This document shows positions 46,251-56,614 of a stretch of 64,000 nt of DNA, one piece after another (within the stretch, counting starts at the first letter, position 1; every line of letters begins with the position of its first letter). The stretch comes from Bdellovibrionales bacterium (GTDB lineage Bacteria > Bdellovibrionota > Bdellovibrionia > Bdellovibrionales > CAYMLA01): NCBI GenBank assembly GCA_965217115.1, contig OZ244239.1:2096784-2160783 (forward strand), written 5' to 3'. The notes beneath the pieces were generated by a model. It was not told where the DNA came from, ran no database searches, and was given only the letters and a program-made list of their open reading frames with translations. The translations under genes and the position numbers were made by a program.

Positions 46251-47192
46251 TTAGCTCGGGGTGTTTTGGTTTTGCCAAAAGCCCAGTTGTTTTTTGCCCT
46301 TGCGCTCAGGGTGGAGTTGGTAGTGGTGGGCACAGTTCTTTGAACAAGTGACAGACTTGAATTCTAACTCTAAACATCCCTTGCAAATATGGGTGAAACT
46401 GTCACAGCGCTGACACTGGATGCTCTCTTCAGCGGGGTCGCCACAGTGGGGGCATAAAGAAAAAAGCTGGGAGGGCCGCAGCTCTTGATCCACGGCAACC
46501 CGATGGTCAAAAACATAACACTCCCCCTCAAACTGATCGTTAGGGAACTGCTCTATGTAATTAAGAATCCCGCCATCGAGTTGATGGACATTCTTAAACC
46601 CCTGCTGTTGTAATTCCAAGAGCCCCTTTTCACAGCGGATACCGCCCGTGCAGTACATCAGAATTTTTTGATCCTTAGGGAGGTTTTTCTCTCTGACGAA
46701 ATTAGGGAAATCAGTGAATTGATCAATGTGGGGATCAATGGCCTGTTTGAATTTTCCCAGCTTTGTCTCGTAGTGATTGCGAGTGTCGAACAAGAGAAAA
46801 TCTTTTTCATTTTTAAGAACGGAATTCCACTTCTCTGGTGAGAGATGGTGGGCCTTTTTATTATCTGGTTTTAATTCAGCAGTGTTCAAGGTCACAATCT
46901 CTTCGCGCACTTTGCAAATGAGACGGTGAAACGGATTGAAGTCAGAGAGACTGTCTTTGAAATGCAAGGACTCCCCTTTGACCAACTGACGGATGTATTT
47001 TTTGACCTCTTTAATGGATTCATCAGATCCACAGATCGTTGAATTCAGCCCCTCAGTGGCGAGAATGAAAAGACCTCGAATCTGTAGGGATTTGCAAAAA
47101 TCGAGCAAGTCCTTCCTGATCCCATCAATCTGGTCCCCGGGGAAGGGGGTGAATTTATAAAATGTCGTGATGTGGTATTGGTTTTTCTCCAT
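46251..47192 (-). CDS. trhO: Rhodanese-domain tRNA uridine(34) hydroxylase (UPF0176/YceA family)
   Basis: The N-terminus HITTFYKFTPF, the rhodanese active-site loop MYCTGGIRCEK, and a C-terminal Cys cluster CPHCG...CQRC. Confidence 0.8.
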   Translation of the reverse strand: MEKNQYHITTFYKFTPFPGDQIDGIRKDLLDFCKSLQIRGLFILATEGLNSTICGSDESIKEVKKYIRQLVKGESLHFKDSLSDFNPFHRLICKVREEIVTLNTAELKPDNKKAHHLSPEKWNSVLKNEKDFLLFDTRNHYETKLGKFKQAIDPHIDQFTDFPNFVREKNLPKDQKILMYCTGGIRCEKGLLELQQQGFKNVHQLDGGILNYIEQFPNDQFEGECYVFDHRVAVDQELRPSQLFSLCPHCGDPAEESIQCQRCDSFTHICKGCLELEFKSVTCSKNCAHHYQLHPERKGKKQLGFWQNQNTPS

Positions 47193-47393
47193 AGGTCTAT
47201 GTATTTACTTGATTCATCCCATTGAGGTCAAGGGTTCGGGAAGAATAAGAAGGGAGAGCGCCATGGTGTAAACCCCCTTTTAGAATCACGGGTTTTTTGC
47301 CAAAACCAATTCAAACAATTGAATTAAAAGAATAAATTGGTTATTAACTCAAAGGCGAGGGCGCGATTGGCGCCCCCTAGAGTTGGAGTTTTT

Positions 47394-48986
47394 ATGTCAG
47401 TGCAAGGGGAAATTCAGAGGAGAAGAACTTTTGCGATTATCTCCCATCCAGATGCGGGAAAAACCACGTTGACAGAGAAGCTGCTCTACCACGGCGGAGC
47501 CATTCACGCGACGGGTGAGGTCAAGGGCAAGGGCGGAACGCGGGCGGCTAAATCTGATTGGATGAAATTAGAACAGGAGAAGGGAATCTCCATCACCTCC
47601 AGCGTGATGCAATTTGATTACAATGGACATAGAATTAATCTTCTAGACACTCCCGGACATAAAGACTTTGGGGAAGACACCTACCGAACCCTTATGGCCG
47701 CCGATTGCGCAATTATGTTGATAGACGTGGCCAAGGGAGTTGAGGAGAGAACAAAACAACTCTATGAAGTTTGTCGCTATCGCCAAGTCCCCGTGTTTAC
47801 GTTCATTAACAAATGCGACCGAGATGGGGTGGCCCCCCTGGATTTGATTGATGATGTGGAGAACACTTTGAATATGAAGTGCTATCCCGTGACCTGGCCC
47901 ATAGGTACGGGGGATCTCTTTAAAGGAATTTACAATCGCTTCAGCAAAGAGCTCATGCTCTATGATCAACGCAGAGATGATGTCCATGAGTTGGAGATCG
48001 TTCCCATCAAAGGCTACGATGATGAACGGCTCTTAAAAGAGACAGAAGGTCCATTCTATGAAGGGTTCATCGAGGAGTTGGAACTTCTCGATGGAGTGTT
48101 GCCCCCGTTTGATGAAGCGGCTTTTCTAAGGGGCGAGATCAGTCCCGTGACTTTCGGCAGTGCCAAACAGAACTTTGCGGTGGACACCTTCCTTGATTTC
48201 TTCACTAAGTACGCCCCTGCTCCTGCGCCAAGAAAAACAAGATCAGGTGATTTTGTGGACCCTCTGGATAAGAATTTTTCGGCCTTTGTGTTTAAGATAC
48301 AGGCCAACATGGATCGAAACCATCGTGACCGAGTGGCTTTTATGAGAATATGTTCGGGGGTTTTTGAACGGGGAATGAAAGCCCACCACAGTCGATTGGG
48401 ACGGGAACTGCGCATGGCCTACTCTAGCCAGTTTATGGCAGGCGAGAGGGAGACAGTGGATAACGCCTACGCTGGAGATATTCTGGGCATTAATGACACA
48501 GGTCATTTTCAGGTGGGCGACACGGTGTCGACATCTAAGAAGATCTCCTTTGAAGCGATTCCTAAGTTTGCTCCAGAACTTTTTTGCAAGTTGAGTATTA
48601 GGGACGCCCTTCGTCGCAAAAAAATGCAGGACGCCTTGAAACAATTGGCCCAAGAGGGTTTAATTCAGTTGTTCATAGATCCAGCGATCGGGGAACAGGA
48701 GTTTATTATCGGTGTTATCGGTGAATTGCAATTCACCGTGTTGACCCATCGTCTATCAGATGAATACGGTTTGGAAGTGAAGTTAAATCGTGAGCCCTTT
48801 GCCGTCGCTCGCTGGCCGCGAAAAGAGGGATTGCCTATTCAGGGCGAGTTGGCAGGTGGGATTCGTCTCTACAGGGATTTGGACGATAATCCAGTGATTC
48901 TTTTGAATCAGAAATGGGATTTGAACTGGGCGCAGAAGGAAAATCCTGATATTGAGTTTTGTACATCTATTACGTCGGTGAGGTAG
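47394..48986 (+). CDS. prfC: Peptide chain release factor 3
   Basis: RRRTFAIISHPDAGKTTLTEKLL (G1), LLDTPGHKDF (G3) and FINKCDR (G4). The length and order match RF3. ATG at 47394 is chosen over the upstream track start. Confidence 0.9.
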   Translation: MSVQGEIQRRRTFAIISHPDAGKTTLTEKLLYHGGAIHATGEVKGKGGTRAAKSDWMKLEQEKGISITSSVMQFDYNGHRINLLDTPGHKDFGEDTYRTLMAADCAIMLIDVAKGVEERTKQLYEVCRYRQVPVFTFINKCDRDGVAPLDLIDDVENTLNMKCYPVTWPIGTGDLFKGIYNRFSKELMLYDQRRDDVHELEIVPIKGYDDERLLKETEGPFYEGFIEELELLDGVLPPFDEAAFLRGEISPVTFGSAKQNFAVDTFLDFFTKYAPAPAPRKTRSGDFVDPLDKNFSAFVFKIQANMDRNHRDRVAFMRICSGVFERGMKAHHSRLGRELRMAYSSQFMAGERETVDNAYAGDILGINDTGHFQVGDTVSTSKKISFEAIPKFAPELFCKLSIRDALRRKKMQDALKQLAQEGLIQLFIDPAIGEQEFIIGVIGELQFTVLTHRLSDEYGLEVKLNREPFAVARWPRKEGLPIQGELAGGIRLYRDLDDNPVILLNQKWDLNWAQKENPDIEFCTSITSVR

Positions 48987-48992
48987 GGAAAA

Positions 48993-50369
48993 ATGTTTGA
49001 AAGTTTATCAGATAAAATTCTTGGAAGTGTCAAAAAGATCCGTGGACAGGGAAGAATCTCTGAAAAAAACATTGAAGAGATACTTAAAGAAATCCGTTTA
49101 AGCCTACTTGAGGCCGATGTTAACTTTAAAGTGGTTAAGAAGTTCATCGATGGCGTGAAAGAAAAGGCCATGGGCGAAGAAGTGATCAAGGGAGTCAACC
49201 CTGACCAAGCCTTTGTCAAAATTATCCATGATGAATTGGTGGCGGTGCTCGGTGGTGGAGAGTCTGAGTTAAGCGTGCGTAAAAAACCTGCAGTGATTTT
49301 CATGGTGGGTTTGCAGGGGACAGGAAAGACAACCTCTTCGGCAAAACTAGCCCTCCACGTGCGCAAGAAGTTTGGAAAAAAACCAGGCCTGGTTCCAGCC
49401 GATGTGTATCGTCCCGCGGCCATAGAACAGTTAAAAACTCTGGCCAAACAGAATGATTTTCCTGTCTTTGATTCACAGGTGGGAATGAAGCCTGAGGAGA
49501 TTTTAACTCAATCCAAGAAATGGTGTCAGGACAACATGATTGATGTGGTGATTGTCGACACCGCCGGGCGTTTGCAAATTGATGAAGATCTCATGGGTGA
49601 GTTGGGACGTCTGAAAAAAGTTTGGGAGCCAGAGGAGACACTGCTTGTTGCCGACGCAATGCTGGGGCAGACCTCGGTGGATGTGGCCAGGGGGTTCCAT
49701 GAAAAACTGGGACTGACGGGTTTGGTCTTAACAAAGATTGACGGCGATGCCCGTGGTGGTGCGGCCTTGAGTATTCGTGAAACAACGGGCGTGCCGATTA
49801 AGTTTCTAGGTGTGGGAGAGAAGGTTGGCAATTTAGAGGTCTTCCATCCTGATCGTTTAGCCGGTCGAATTCTAGATATGGGGGATATGGTCAGTCTGGT
49901 TGAGAGGGCCAGTGAGGTCATTGATGAAAAGGCGGCCCAAGATTCGGTGAAGAAATTAGCTAAGAACAAATTCACTGTGGAGGATTTTCTCTCGCAGATT
50001 AAGATGATGAAAAAATTAGGGGGAATGGAGAGTATTTTGGGAATGCTGCCAGGAATGGGGCAGATGAAAAAACAGATGAAGAGCATGGCTCCCCCCGATG
50101 AAGAATTACGCAGAATAGAGGCGATTATTTGCTCGATGACCCATGTTGAGCGACGCAATCACAAGGTTCTCAACGGCTCTCGAAGGGAGAGAATCGCCAA
50201 GGGAAGCGGCACACAAGTCAGAGATGTGAATAAATTCATCAAGAAATTTGAAGAGTCCCAGAAAATGATGTCCAAGATGATGAAGACGGGAATGGGAGGT
50301 CTGATGGGAAAAATGTCTGGCCTCGGTGGATCTAGTGGTGGGCGAGGAGGCTCGGGATTTCCATTTTGA
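48993..50369 (+). CDS. ffh: Signal recognition particle protein
   Basis: The NG domain has MVGLQGTGKTTSSAKLA, DTAGRL and TKIDGDARGG. The C-terminal M domain is Met-rich. Confidence 0.95.
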   Translation: MFESLSDKILGSVKKIRGQGRISEKNIEEILKEIRLSLLEADVNFKVVKKFIDGVKEKAMGEEVIKGVNPDQAFVKIIHDELVAVLGGGESELSVRKKPAVIFMVGLQGTGKTTSSAKLALHVRKKFGKKPGLVPADVYRPAAIEQLKTLAKQNDFPVFDSQVGMKPEEILTQSKKWCQDNMIDVVIVDTAGRLQIDEDLMGELGRLKKVWEPEETLLVADAMLGQTSVDVARGFHEKLGLTGLVLTKIDGDARGGAALSIRETTGVPIKFLGVGEKVGNLEVFHPDRLAGRILDMGDMVSLVERASEVIDEKAAQDSVKKLAKNKFTVEDFLSQIKMMKKLGGMESILGMLPGMGQMKKQMKSMAPPDEELRRIEAIICSMTHVERRNHKVLNGSRRERIAKGSGTQVRDVNKFIKKFEESQKMMSKMMKTGMGGLMGKMSGLGGSSGGRGGSGFPF

Positions 50370-50510
50370 CGCGCCGCATGGAAACGGGTTTTTTTCTTAA
50401 TTCCCCTTGGGCACTCCGTGAAATAGATCTTGTATATTGCTGGGGCGTGGAGTAAACCATTACGACGTGTGATTTGCGCGAATTATTTTTTTTATTGAGG
50501 AGTTTTTTCT

Positions 50511-50753
50511 ATGGTCGTTATCCGCTTGGCAAGGATTGGTTCAACACACAGACCTAAATATCGTATTACGGTTGCAGATCAACGTCGTCATGCGACGAAG
50601 CGTTTTATCGAGGTTTTGGGAACGTTTAATCCGAGCCCCCGTGGTGAGGAAAAAAAGCTGGATATCAATGTAGAAAGAGTCAATGAATGGATTAGCAAAG
50701 GCGCTCAACCCAGTGATAGGGTGAAATCTCTCCTCAAACAAGCGCAGGCTTGA
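50511..50753 (+). CDS. rpsP: 30S ribosomal protein S16
   Basis: MVVIRLARIGSTHRPKYRITVADQR is the canonical S16 N-terminus. The gene sits in the conserved ffh-rpsP-rimM-trmD-rplS context. Confidence 0.95.
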   Translation: MVVIRLARIGSTHRPKYRITVADQRRHATKRFIEVLGTFNPSPRGEEKKLDINVERVNEWISKGAQPSDRVKSLLKQAQA

Positions 50754-50813
50754 TAGATAATCAGAGAATACAAATAAATAGGATCGATTCTAAAGTGAGA
50801 GACGGAGAAAATA

Positions 50814-51059
50814 ATGGATCATAGTAATTTGAGTGATTTAGTTGAGTTCATGGCAAAGTCGTTGGTGGATAATCCAGATGATGTGCAAGTCAATGAGGTC
50901 GAGGGCGAGCAGACCACAGTGCTTGAGCTTAAGGTTCACGACAGTGATTTGGGAAAGGTCATCGGTAAGCAAGGGCGTACAGCACGATCTATGCGAACTG
51001 TTTTAAATGCGGCGGGCACCAAAATCTCGAAGCGTTGTGTTTTGGAAATTATTGAATAG
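50814..51059 (+). CDS. KH-domain RNA-binding protein (YlqC / UPF0109 family)
   Basis: 81 aa with the [17 protein letters not shown] (GxxG KH) motif, in the conserved position between rpsP and rimM. Confidence 0.8.
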   Translation: MDHSNLSDLVEFMAKSLVDNPDDVQVNEVEGEQTTVLELKVHDSDLGKVIGKQGRTARSMRTVLNAAGTKISKRCVLEIIE

Positions 51060-51092
51060 GCGAAGAAAGACGGAAAATTTAATTTTAAAAAA

Positions 51093-51118
51093 AGCTGGGA
51101 ACATCACCCGGCTTTTTT
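51093..51118 (+). terminator. Possible intra-operon rho-independent terminator or attenuator
   Basis: AGCTGGG-AACATCA-CCCGGCT forms a 7-bp stem (one G.U pair) followed by TTTTTT, between the KH gene and rimM. Confidence 0.4.
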
Positions 51119-51127
51119 ATTGGGAAG

Positions 51128-51655
51128 GTGCTCTTGTTAAAGGTGGGTAAAGTTAAGGAGGCCCATGGAATCAAGGGCGAACTTTATATTCTGGTCTTCT
51201 CCAAAGAAACTCCCTGGCTAGAAGATCTTAAAAACATTCATTTGCGAAATGAGAGTTCCCAAGAGTCCATTGAGTTAGAGATTGGAAATGCCAGACGACA
51301 TAAATCAGGTTTTATATTACGAACAGAGACGATCAAAGATAGAAACCGAGCTGAGGAGTTAAAGGGTTGGGAGTTTTACCTGCCAAAGGATTTATTTGTC
51401 ACAGAGGGGAAGGGGGATTTTTTTCTCTGTGAGATAGAGAATTTCCAGGTGATAGATGAAAACTCAGAGATGATTGGAGTGGTGTCTGGATTTGCTTCAA
51501 CTCCAGGGCAGGATCTTATGCGCTTGAGGACGGAGGGGGGAGATGAGTTTTTGGTTCCCCTCGTCGATCGTTTTATCGTCAAGGTCGATCGAGAGAGGGA
51601 GATCTTGCAGGTGTCACTGCCGGATGGATTATTAGAGCCAGAATATGCGATTTAA
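51128..51655 (+). CDS. rimM: 16S rRNA processing protein RimM
   Basis: The KVGKVKEAHGIKGELYI N-terminus, a PRC-barrel C-terminus, and conserved operon position. The start is uncertain (GTG 51128 or TTG 51134). Confidence 0.85.
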   Translation: MLLLKVGKVKEAHGIKGELYILVFSKETPWLEDLKNIHLRNESSQESIELEIGNARRHKSGFILRTETIKDRNRAEELKGWEFYLPKDLFVTEGKGDFFLCEIENFQVIDENSEMIGVVSGFASTPGQDLMRLRTEGGDEFLVPLVDRFIVKVDREREILQVSLPDGLLEPEYAI

Positions 51656-52460
51656 TATTATCACGCTATTGCCGAAAATGATTGATGACGCTCTGAAAGA
51701 GGGCGTTGTCGCCCAGGCCTTTGCCCACGGTGATCTTGATTTAAATTTAGTAAATCCCAGAGATTTTGCCCAGGACATTCACCAAACTGTGGATGATCGT
51801 CCCTTTGGTGGTGGGGATGGTATGATAATGATGGCGGAGCCGTTGAGGCGGGCCGTGGATTCGGTGAAAAACTCTGAAGGCAGTGGCCAGGTAATTTATC
51901 TCTCTCCCCACGGGGAGAAATTTTCAAATGCCATGGCTGTAGAGATGGGTCAGAGTGGAGAGATCACCTTGGTGTGTGGACGCTATGGTGGAGTGGACCA
52001 GAGATTTATTGATGGACTGGTGGATCGTGAAGTCTCCCTGGGGGATTATGTCTTGAGTGGGGGAGAGCTGGGGGCTCTGGTGATGGTGGATGCCATCGCT
52101 CGGTTCATTCCTGGAGTTTTGGGGAATCCGGAGTCAGCCCACAGTGAGTCTTTTTCACAGGGATTACTAGAAGGTCCCCAGTACACCCGTCCTCGGAGCT
52201 ATGGGGGCAGAGATGTGCCATCCGTGCTTTTGAGTGGAGATCACGCAAGAATAAAACAATGGCGGCGGCAGGTGGCGATTTTATACACCTGGGGATTGCG
52301 TCCAGAGTTACTCAAGAGAGCCGTCAAAGACGGCTTGGTAAAGTCTGATGAGATTGGCTTAGCCCACAGGTATTGGCTGGAGTTAGATGCTGGGGAGAGG
52401 GACAGGATTTTTGCAGGTTCCATGGGTGAGAGACTTGACCCCGAATTGCTAAAATGTTAA
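51645..52460 (+). CDS. trmD: tRNA (guanine37-N1)-methyltransferase
   Basis: MRFNIITLLPKM, DDRPFGGGDGMIM, CGRYGGVDQR and SLGDYVLSGGE are TrmD signature blocks. Confidence 0.9.
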   Translation: MRFNIITLLPKMIDDALKEGVVAQAFAHGDLDLNLVNPRDFAQDIHQTVDDRPFGGGDGMIMMAEPLRRAVDSVKNSEGSGQVIYLSPHGEKFSNAMAVEMGQSGEITLVCGRYGGVDQRFIDGLVDREVSLGDYVLSGGELGALVMVDAIARFIPGVLGNPESAHSESFSQGLLEGPQYTRPRSYGGRDVPSVLLSGDHARIKQWRRQVAILYTWGLRPELLKRAVKDGLVKSDEIGLAHRYWLELDAGERDRIFAGSMGERLDPELLKC

Positions 52461-52547
52461 AAATTTCGTCTTGTGTTGGCCGTGGTTTGATTTGGTCCGA
52501 CCCACTGATTTGAATTTTGGATAAAAAAAATAGAGGAGACTGGGATC

Positions 52548-52946
52548 ATGACAGATCTTGTGAGAAGAGTGACCTTTGGTCGCATGGAGAAAAAAAAGTT
52601 TGAGAGCTTTAATACTGGGGACACCGTGAAGGTTTCTGTGCGTATTAAAGAGGGAGATAAAGAGCGTATTCAGATTTATCAGGGAGTTGTTTTAAAAATT
52701 CAAGGTTCTGGTATGGGTAGGACGTTCACTGTTAGAAAAATATCTTCTGGTGTGGGAGTAGAGAAGACTTTTCCTTTTGTCTCCCCTGCGGTGGAGAAGG
52801 TCGAAGTCTTAGCTTATGGTAAAGTTCGCCGTGCCCGGTTGTTTTATCAACGGGGACGTTCTGGTAAGGCGGCTAAAATTGTTTCTGAGTTGGCGGTCAC
52901 TCGTAGGGGACGCTTGAAGGCAGAAACTGAAAAAAGTTCCTCTTAA
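52548..52946 (+). CDS. rplS: 50S ribosomal protein L19
   Basis: [46 protein letters not shown] is the canonical L19 core. Confidence 0.95.
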   Translation: MTDLVRRVTFGRMEKKKFESFNTGDTVKVSVRIKEGDKERIQIYQGVVLKIQGSGMGRTFTVRKISSGVGVEKTFPFVSPAVEKVEVLAYGKVRRARLFYQRGRSGKAAKIVSELAVTRRGRLKAETEKSSS

Positions 52947-52989
52947 AAAATACCCTCCATTTGCTTGGCGGGATTTAAAACCAAATCCT

Positions 52990-53547
52990 GTGATAGGAGT
53001 GGACGAGGCGGGTCGCGGTTGTCTGATTGGTCCCGTTTACGCTGGGGCCGTTATTATCAATGGAAAAGAGGACACGTCTTTTTTAACTGACTCTAAATTA
53101 ATTTCCGAAAAACAGAGAGAAGAATTATTTGAAATCATTTTAAATGATCATCAAGTGGGCATAGGTTTTGCGACAGTTGAGGAGATTGAAAAACTCAATA
53201 TTCTCCACGCGGCTTTGTTGGCGATGAAGAGGGCTGTTGAGAATTTAAATCTGTCCAATGGAGGTCATGTGCTTGTTGATGGGAATAAATTAATTTCTGG
53301 TTTAGAGAGTTATGAGCAGACGACTTTGGTTAAGGGTGATTTAAGGGCGACGCCTGTTTCAGCGGCCTCTATTGTGGCCAAGGTCTCCCGGGATCGATTG
53401 CTTCGGAAAATGGCGGGGGAGTACCCAGAATATAATTTAGCTCAGCACAAGGGATACGGCACGAAGGCCCATAGGGAGGCGATCGCTCGATTTGGTCCAA
53501 CTCCAGAGCATAGGCGGAAATTTTCTGGTGTTAAAGAGTATTTATAA
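52990..53547 (+). CDS. rnhB: Ribonuclease HII
   Basis: GVDEAGRGCLIGPVYAGAV (DEAGRG catalytic motif), DSKLIS and SAASIVAKVSRD. Confidence 0.9.
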   Translation: MIGVDEAGRGCLIGPVYAGAVIINGKEDTSFLTDSKLISEKQREELFEIILNDHQVGIGFATVEEIEKLNILHAALLAMKRAVENLNLSNGGHVLVDGNKLISGLESYEQTTLVKGDLRATPVSAASIVAKVSRDRLLRKMAGEYPEYNLAQHKGYGTKAHREAIARFGPTPEHRRKFSGVKEYL

Positions 53548-53863
53548 GAATGGCCGCTGGGCCGAAGAGATCACAAAGAAATTTTATCAAAAGCAGGGTT
53601 ACACTCTTGATTGGCAGCGGAGAAAGATCATGGGGATAGAGGTGGACCTTGTTTTTCAAAACGCAGATCACTTCTTGATGGTGGAGGTGAAGACTCAAGT
53701 GAAGGCGGAATTTTTAGACAGCTGCTTGGGGAGTGAGCAGAAGAGGAGATTGTCCCAGGCCCTCTTGTTCTTAACAGAGAACTTATCTAAACCGATCATT
53801 ATGGAATTGGCTATAGTGAGTCACTGTGGCGAGGTGACGAGGCTTGAGGATGTATTGGTCTAA
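53528..53863 (+). CDS. yraN: YraN-family (UPF0102) endonuclease
   Basis: GRWAEEITKKFYQKQGYTL ... GIEVDLVF ... LMVEVKT is the YraN PD-(D/E)xK pattern, in the conserved position after rnhB. The start is uncertain (GTG 53528 or the track start 53492). Confidence 0.7.
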   Translation: MLKSIYKNGRWAEEITKKFYQKQGYTLDWQRRKIMGIEVDLVFQNADHFLMVEVKTQVKAEFLDSCLGSEQKRRLSQALLFLTENLSKPIIMELAIVSHCGEVTRLEDVLV

Positions 53864-53889
53864 GAGAGTGTGTGGCTTGTTTTTTATTT

Positions 53890-56370
53890 CTAATAGAGTG
53901 AGCTTTTCTTGTCGCCATTAAATTTAAATTCAAAAGAGATATTAAAATCAGTGGGGTCAGCTTGATCTCTGGAATCAGCCAGTGAAAAACTGACAGCCCA
54001 ACAGTTACCAGGGAATTTTACGAGGGCTATGGATTTCCAAGATTTTAGTTCTGCTGTGACTTGGTTGTAGATCATGTTAGCGGCAAAATCTAAGTACTGC
54101 CATGATTTAAAAAATGAGAGCGTGTAATCCTCAACCCTAGTGTCGTAGGGAATAGTGGTCTCTTCACCGATTTGAAATTTACGATTGATCAAGAGTTCTA
54201 GATAATCTGATGTGTTTACGGAGAAGCGCAGACGGGAGTCAAAATTAGCTACAGAGTGGTAGGGATAGTAACTGAGCTTGGTGATTGTTTCAAAAAACTT
54301 TAGATGAACCTCTAAGAGAGTATTGATGGTGGACCAGGGTTGTTTGTTGTTTCTACGAGCCTCAAAAGAGTCGTAGGTTTGAGATAATTGAAGTTTAGCG
54401 ATTTGTTTGTAATCGGCTCCATCGGGGGTCCATGTTTTGCGGGTGAGTTTATTGTTAATGGCAAAAGTGACGAGTTCACGATCGTAGAGGCGGTCGAAAT
54501 AATCAAATTGAAGCCTTCTGTTAGAGAATAAATCCTGATTACTAATCGATTCGTTCGCACGGAAGAAGGGAGTCTCAGCTTGCTTCCCTTCGATATTGAA
54601 AAAAGGATGACCTTCGTCTTCGATCCAGGGTATGGTGGTTGCGATAATTTCAGGTTGAATCTCATGTTTATAGATGGGTCGCTTGGTGTTTCCCATGCCG
54701 TAACTCTTACTGAGAGTTGTCTTTGTGGAGAGAGTTGCCCTTAAATGACTGCGGTGGTAATTGCTTTGTTCAGAGAATCCAAAATTATATCGTGTTTGAC
54801 GAAATGTCAGGCTGGGAACAAAATCAAAATAACGGCCCAAGTGCAGGGGATAGATGACACTGGGACTGATATTTATTCGTTGTCCTGTACGGATGAGATC
54901 TTGTGGGTCAAATTTTCCATCGCGTATGTTGTGACAATCCGGAGAAAAGTCATCGCAGGTGAGACCGTCTTTCTTGGCATTATTTGTTGGAAAGCGTCGG
55001 GTAATTTTTGATGTTCGCGCCGATCGGTTGTCACCGTCTAGTTCAGTGATGTCATCGTAATTGGAGTCTGGTCGATAGAAATTGGTGTAGTTCATATCTA
55101 AACGAAAGAGCAGAGGAAGGTTAAATATTTTCTGTTCAGCTAAAGAGTAGGTGACCTCTGGCAGGCGATGGACAGCGTCTTTGTTGTCTCCATAGGGATT
55201 GGCTTGCAGTAGATTGATGTAGTAGGAGGCATCGATACTTAGATGTTGGGTGTCGGTGTTCTTAGTAAAAGACATTCGATTGTCCAAGGCTGAGTAGCCA
55301 TTGGTGAGAGTTTCTTCAGCGAAATCTTTGGAGTACTGCAAATCACTGGGCAGGTCTAAATTAACTCTATAAATAGAGTTGTTAGAAAATTCAAAGTGAT
55401 TTTCGTATTTGAAATGCCAACGTTTGACTCCTTGGGGTTTCCCGTCAGGTTGATACTTGCTGAAACGATAATCATCCCTTCCTAAATGGGGAGCATCAAC
55501 ATAGGTGTAGTTGAGTTTGCCGCGGCTGTTTTCTGAGAGAAGATAACGGTATTCAAAGAGATAGCGTTTTCTTCTTGGATGGTTGTTGAAGGTCCATGTC
55601 GTATCTTGACTACGGTTCATTGCCCAAAAAAAACTTTGAGAAAAGGTAAAGCCTCTACCGCTGAAACCAAAAGAAGGGAATAACAACCCTGATTGGCGAG
55701 CGCTTTTTAAAGGAATAATAATATAAGGCAATGGGAGTATGGGAAGACCGGCTATGCGAAGTATGGGGTAACTGATGTATGCGTACTCTCCTATGCGAGC
55801 CTTAATGTGACTGCCAGTGAAATTCCATGGAGCGGGGCAGGTGTCACAGGCGGTGTAACTGCCTTGAGTCACTTCATAATCATTTTCACCCACTTTATGA
55901 ATAATTTCTCCAGCAAAAACAACGCCGCCTGATTTAACAAAGCCATCGTACATGGTTCCTAAGTTCGTTTTATAACTAATTGTAACTCTCTTGGTCGAGA
56001 TATGAGCTGTTGGAGTGACGATGGTTACGTTACCATAGGCCTCTATCATTTTTCCCTTAGAGTACACTGTGGCTCTTTGAGCCGAGAGATGTTGATTGTT
56101 AAAAACAATCTGCACCTGTCCTGAGAGTTCGATGGTGCCCCTGTCGGAGTCCTGGAACACATTGTCGGCATTGAGCACAATGTCTTTGATCTCAGGAAGG
56201 GCAAAGGAGGTTGAGCCCATGGAGGCATTCAAGAAAAGAGTCAAGACAGTGCATGGAAGGATATTCGCTAAGATACTAAAATAATTGATATTTCCAACAC
56301 GCAACACATCCACCCCTAATATCGCGCCATCATAGTCGTTGAGGTGTCGAGGGTAAATTAAAATTACCAA
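53890..56370 (-). CDS. lptD: LPS-assembly outer-membrane protein LptD (OstA family)
   Basis: The N-terminal OstA_N-like segment is LNADNVFQDSDRGTIELSGQVQIVFNNQHLSAQRATVY. A long beta-barrel-like C-terminus rich in aromatic-X-aromatic strands follows. The true start is probably downstream of the track start. Confidence 0.75.
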   Translation of the reverse strand: MVILIYPRHLNDYDGAILGVDVLRVGNINYFSILANILPCTVLTLFLNASMGSTSFALPEIKDIVLNADNVFQDSDRGTIELSGQVQIVFNNQHLSAQRATVYSKGKMIEAYGNVTIVTPTAHISTKRVTISYKTNLGTMYDGFVKSGGVVFAGEIIHKVGENDYEVTQGSYTACDTCPAPWNFTGSHIKARIGEYAYISYPILRIAGLPILPLPYIIIPLKSARQSGLLFPSFGFSGRGFTFSQSFFWAMNRSQDTTWTFNNHPRRKRYLFEYRYLLSENSRGKLNYTYVDAPHLGRDDYRFSKYQPDGKPQGVKRWHFKYENHFEFSNNSIYRVNLDLPSDLQYSKDFAEETLTNGYSALDNRMSFTKNTDTQHLSIDASYYINLLQANPYGDNKDAVHRLPEVTYSLAEQKIFNLPLLFRLDMNYTNFYRPDSNYDDITELDGDNRSARTSKITRRFPTNNAKKDGLTCDDFSPDCHNIRDGKFDPQDLIRTGQRINISPSVIYPLHLGRYFDFVPSLTFRQTRYNFGFSEQSNYHRSHLRATLSTKTTLSKSYGMGNTKRPIYKHEIQPEIIATTIPWIEDEGHPFFNIEGKQAETPFFRANESISNQDLFSNRRLQFDYFDRLYDRELVTFAINNKLTRKTWTPDGADYKQIAKLQLSQTYDSFEARRNNKQPWSTINTLLEVHLKFFETITKLSYYPYHSVANFDSRLRFSVNTSDYLELLINRKFQIGEETTIPYDTRVEDYTLSFFKSWQYLDFAANMIYNQVTAELKSWKSIALVKFPGNCWAVSFSLADSRDQADPTDFNISFEFKFNGDKKSSLY

Positions 56371-56614
56371 TTAATTAATGCACCGCAAGGAGGGATGAAG
56401 GGCGGGTGAAGGGCGAGCAAAAGAGAGGAGCTAAATCACTCTTGTCCCCATGACATTTGTCTCGCAGAAAGACAAAAGTTCGGTCTAGAAAAACAGCTGT
56501 TTTTCAATGAGGGGAAGTGTGGAGGGAATCCTAGTCTTTGCGCTCATTGTTTTATGAATGTTCAGTTGTCATAATTTACTCTACTGGTGAAAACAGTTTG
56601 TAAGAGGGGAACCT

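Noticed and set aside
48908-50158. Long antisense ORFs (179 aa and 210 aa on the minus strand) overlapping prfC and ffh. Similar shadow ORFs occur opposite mutS2, lnt, htpX, lptD, hsdR and the FGE genes.
   Set aside because: They lie fully within strongly supported conserved genes on the other strand, have biased composition and carry no motifs. These are typical shadow ORFs.
56488-56505. An 18-bp perfect palindrome, GAAAAACAGCTGTTTTTC, in the lptD / STAS intergenic region.
   Set aside because: It could be an operator or a weak bidirectional hairpin, but it is A/T-flanked, short and unique in the window. The evidence is insufficient to assign a function.
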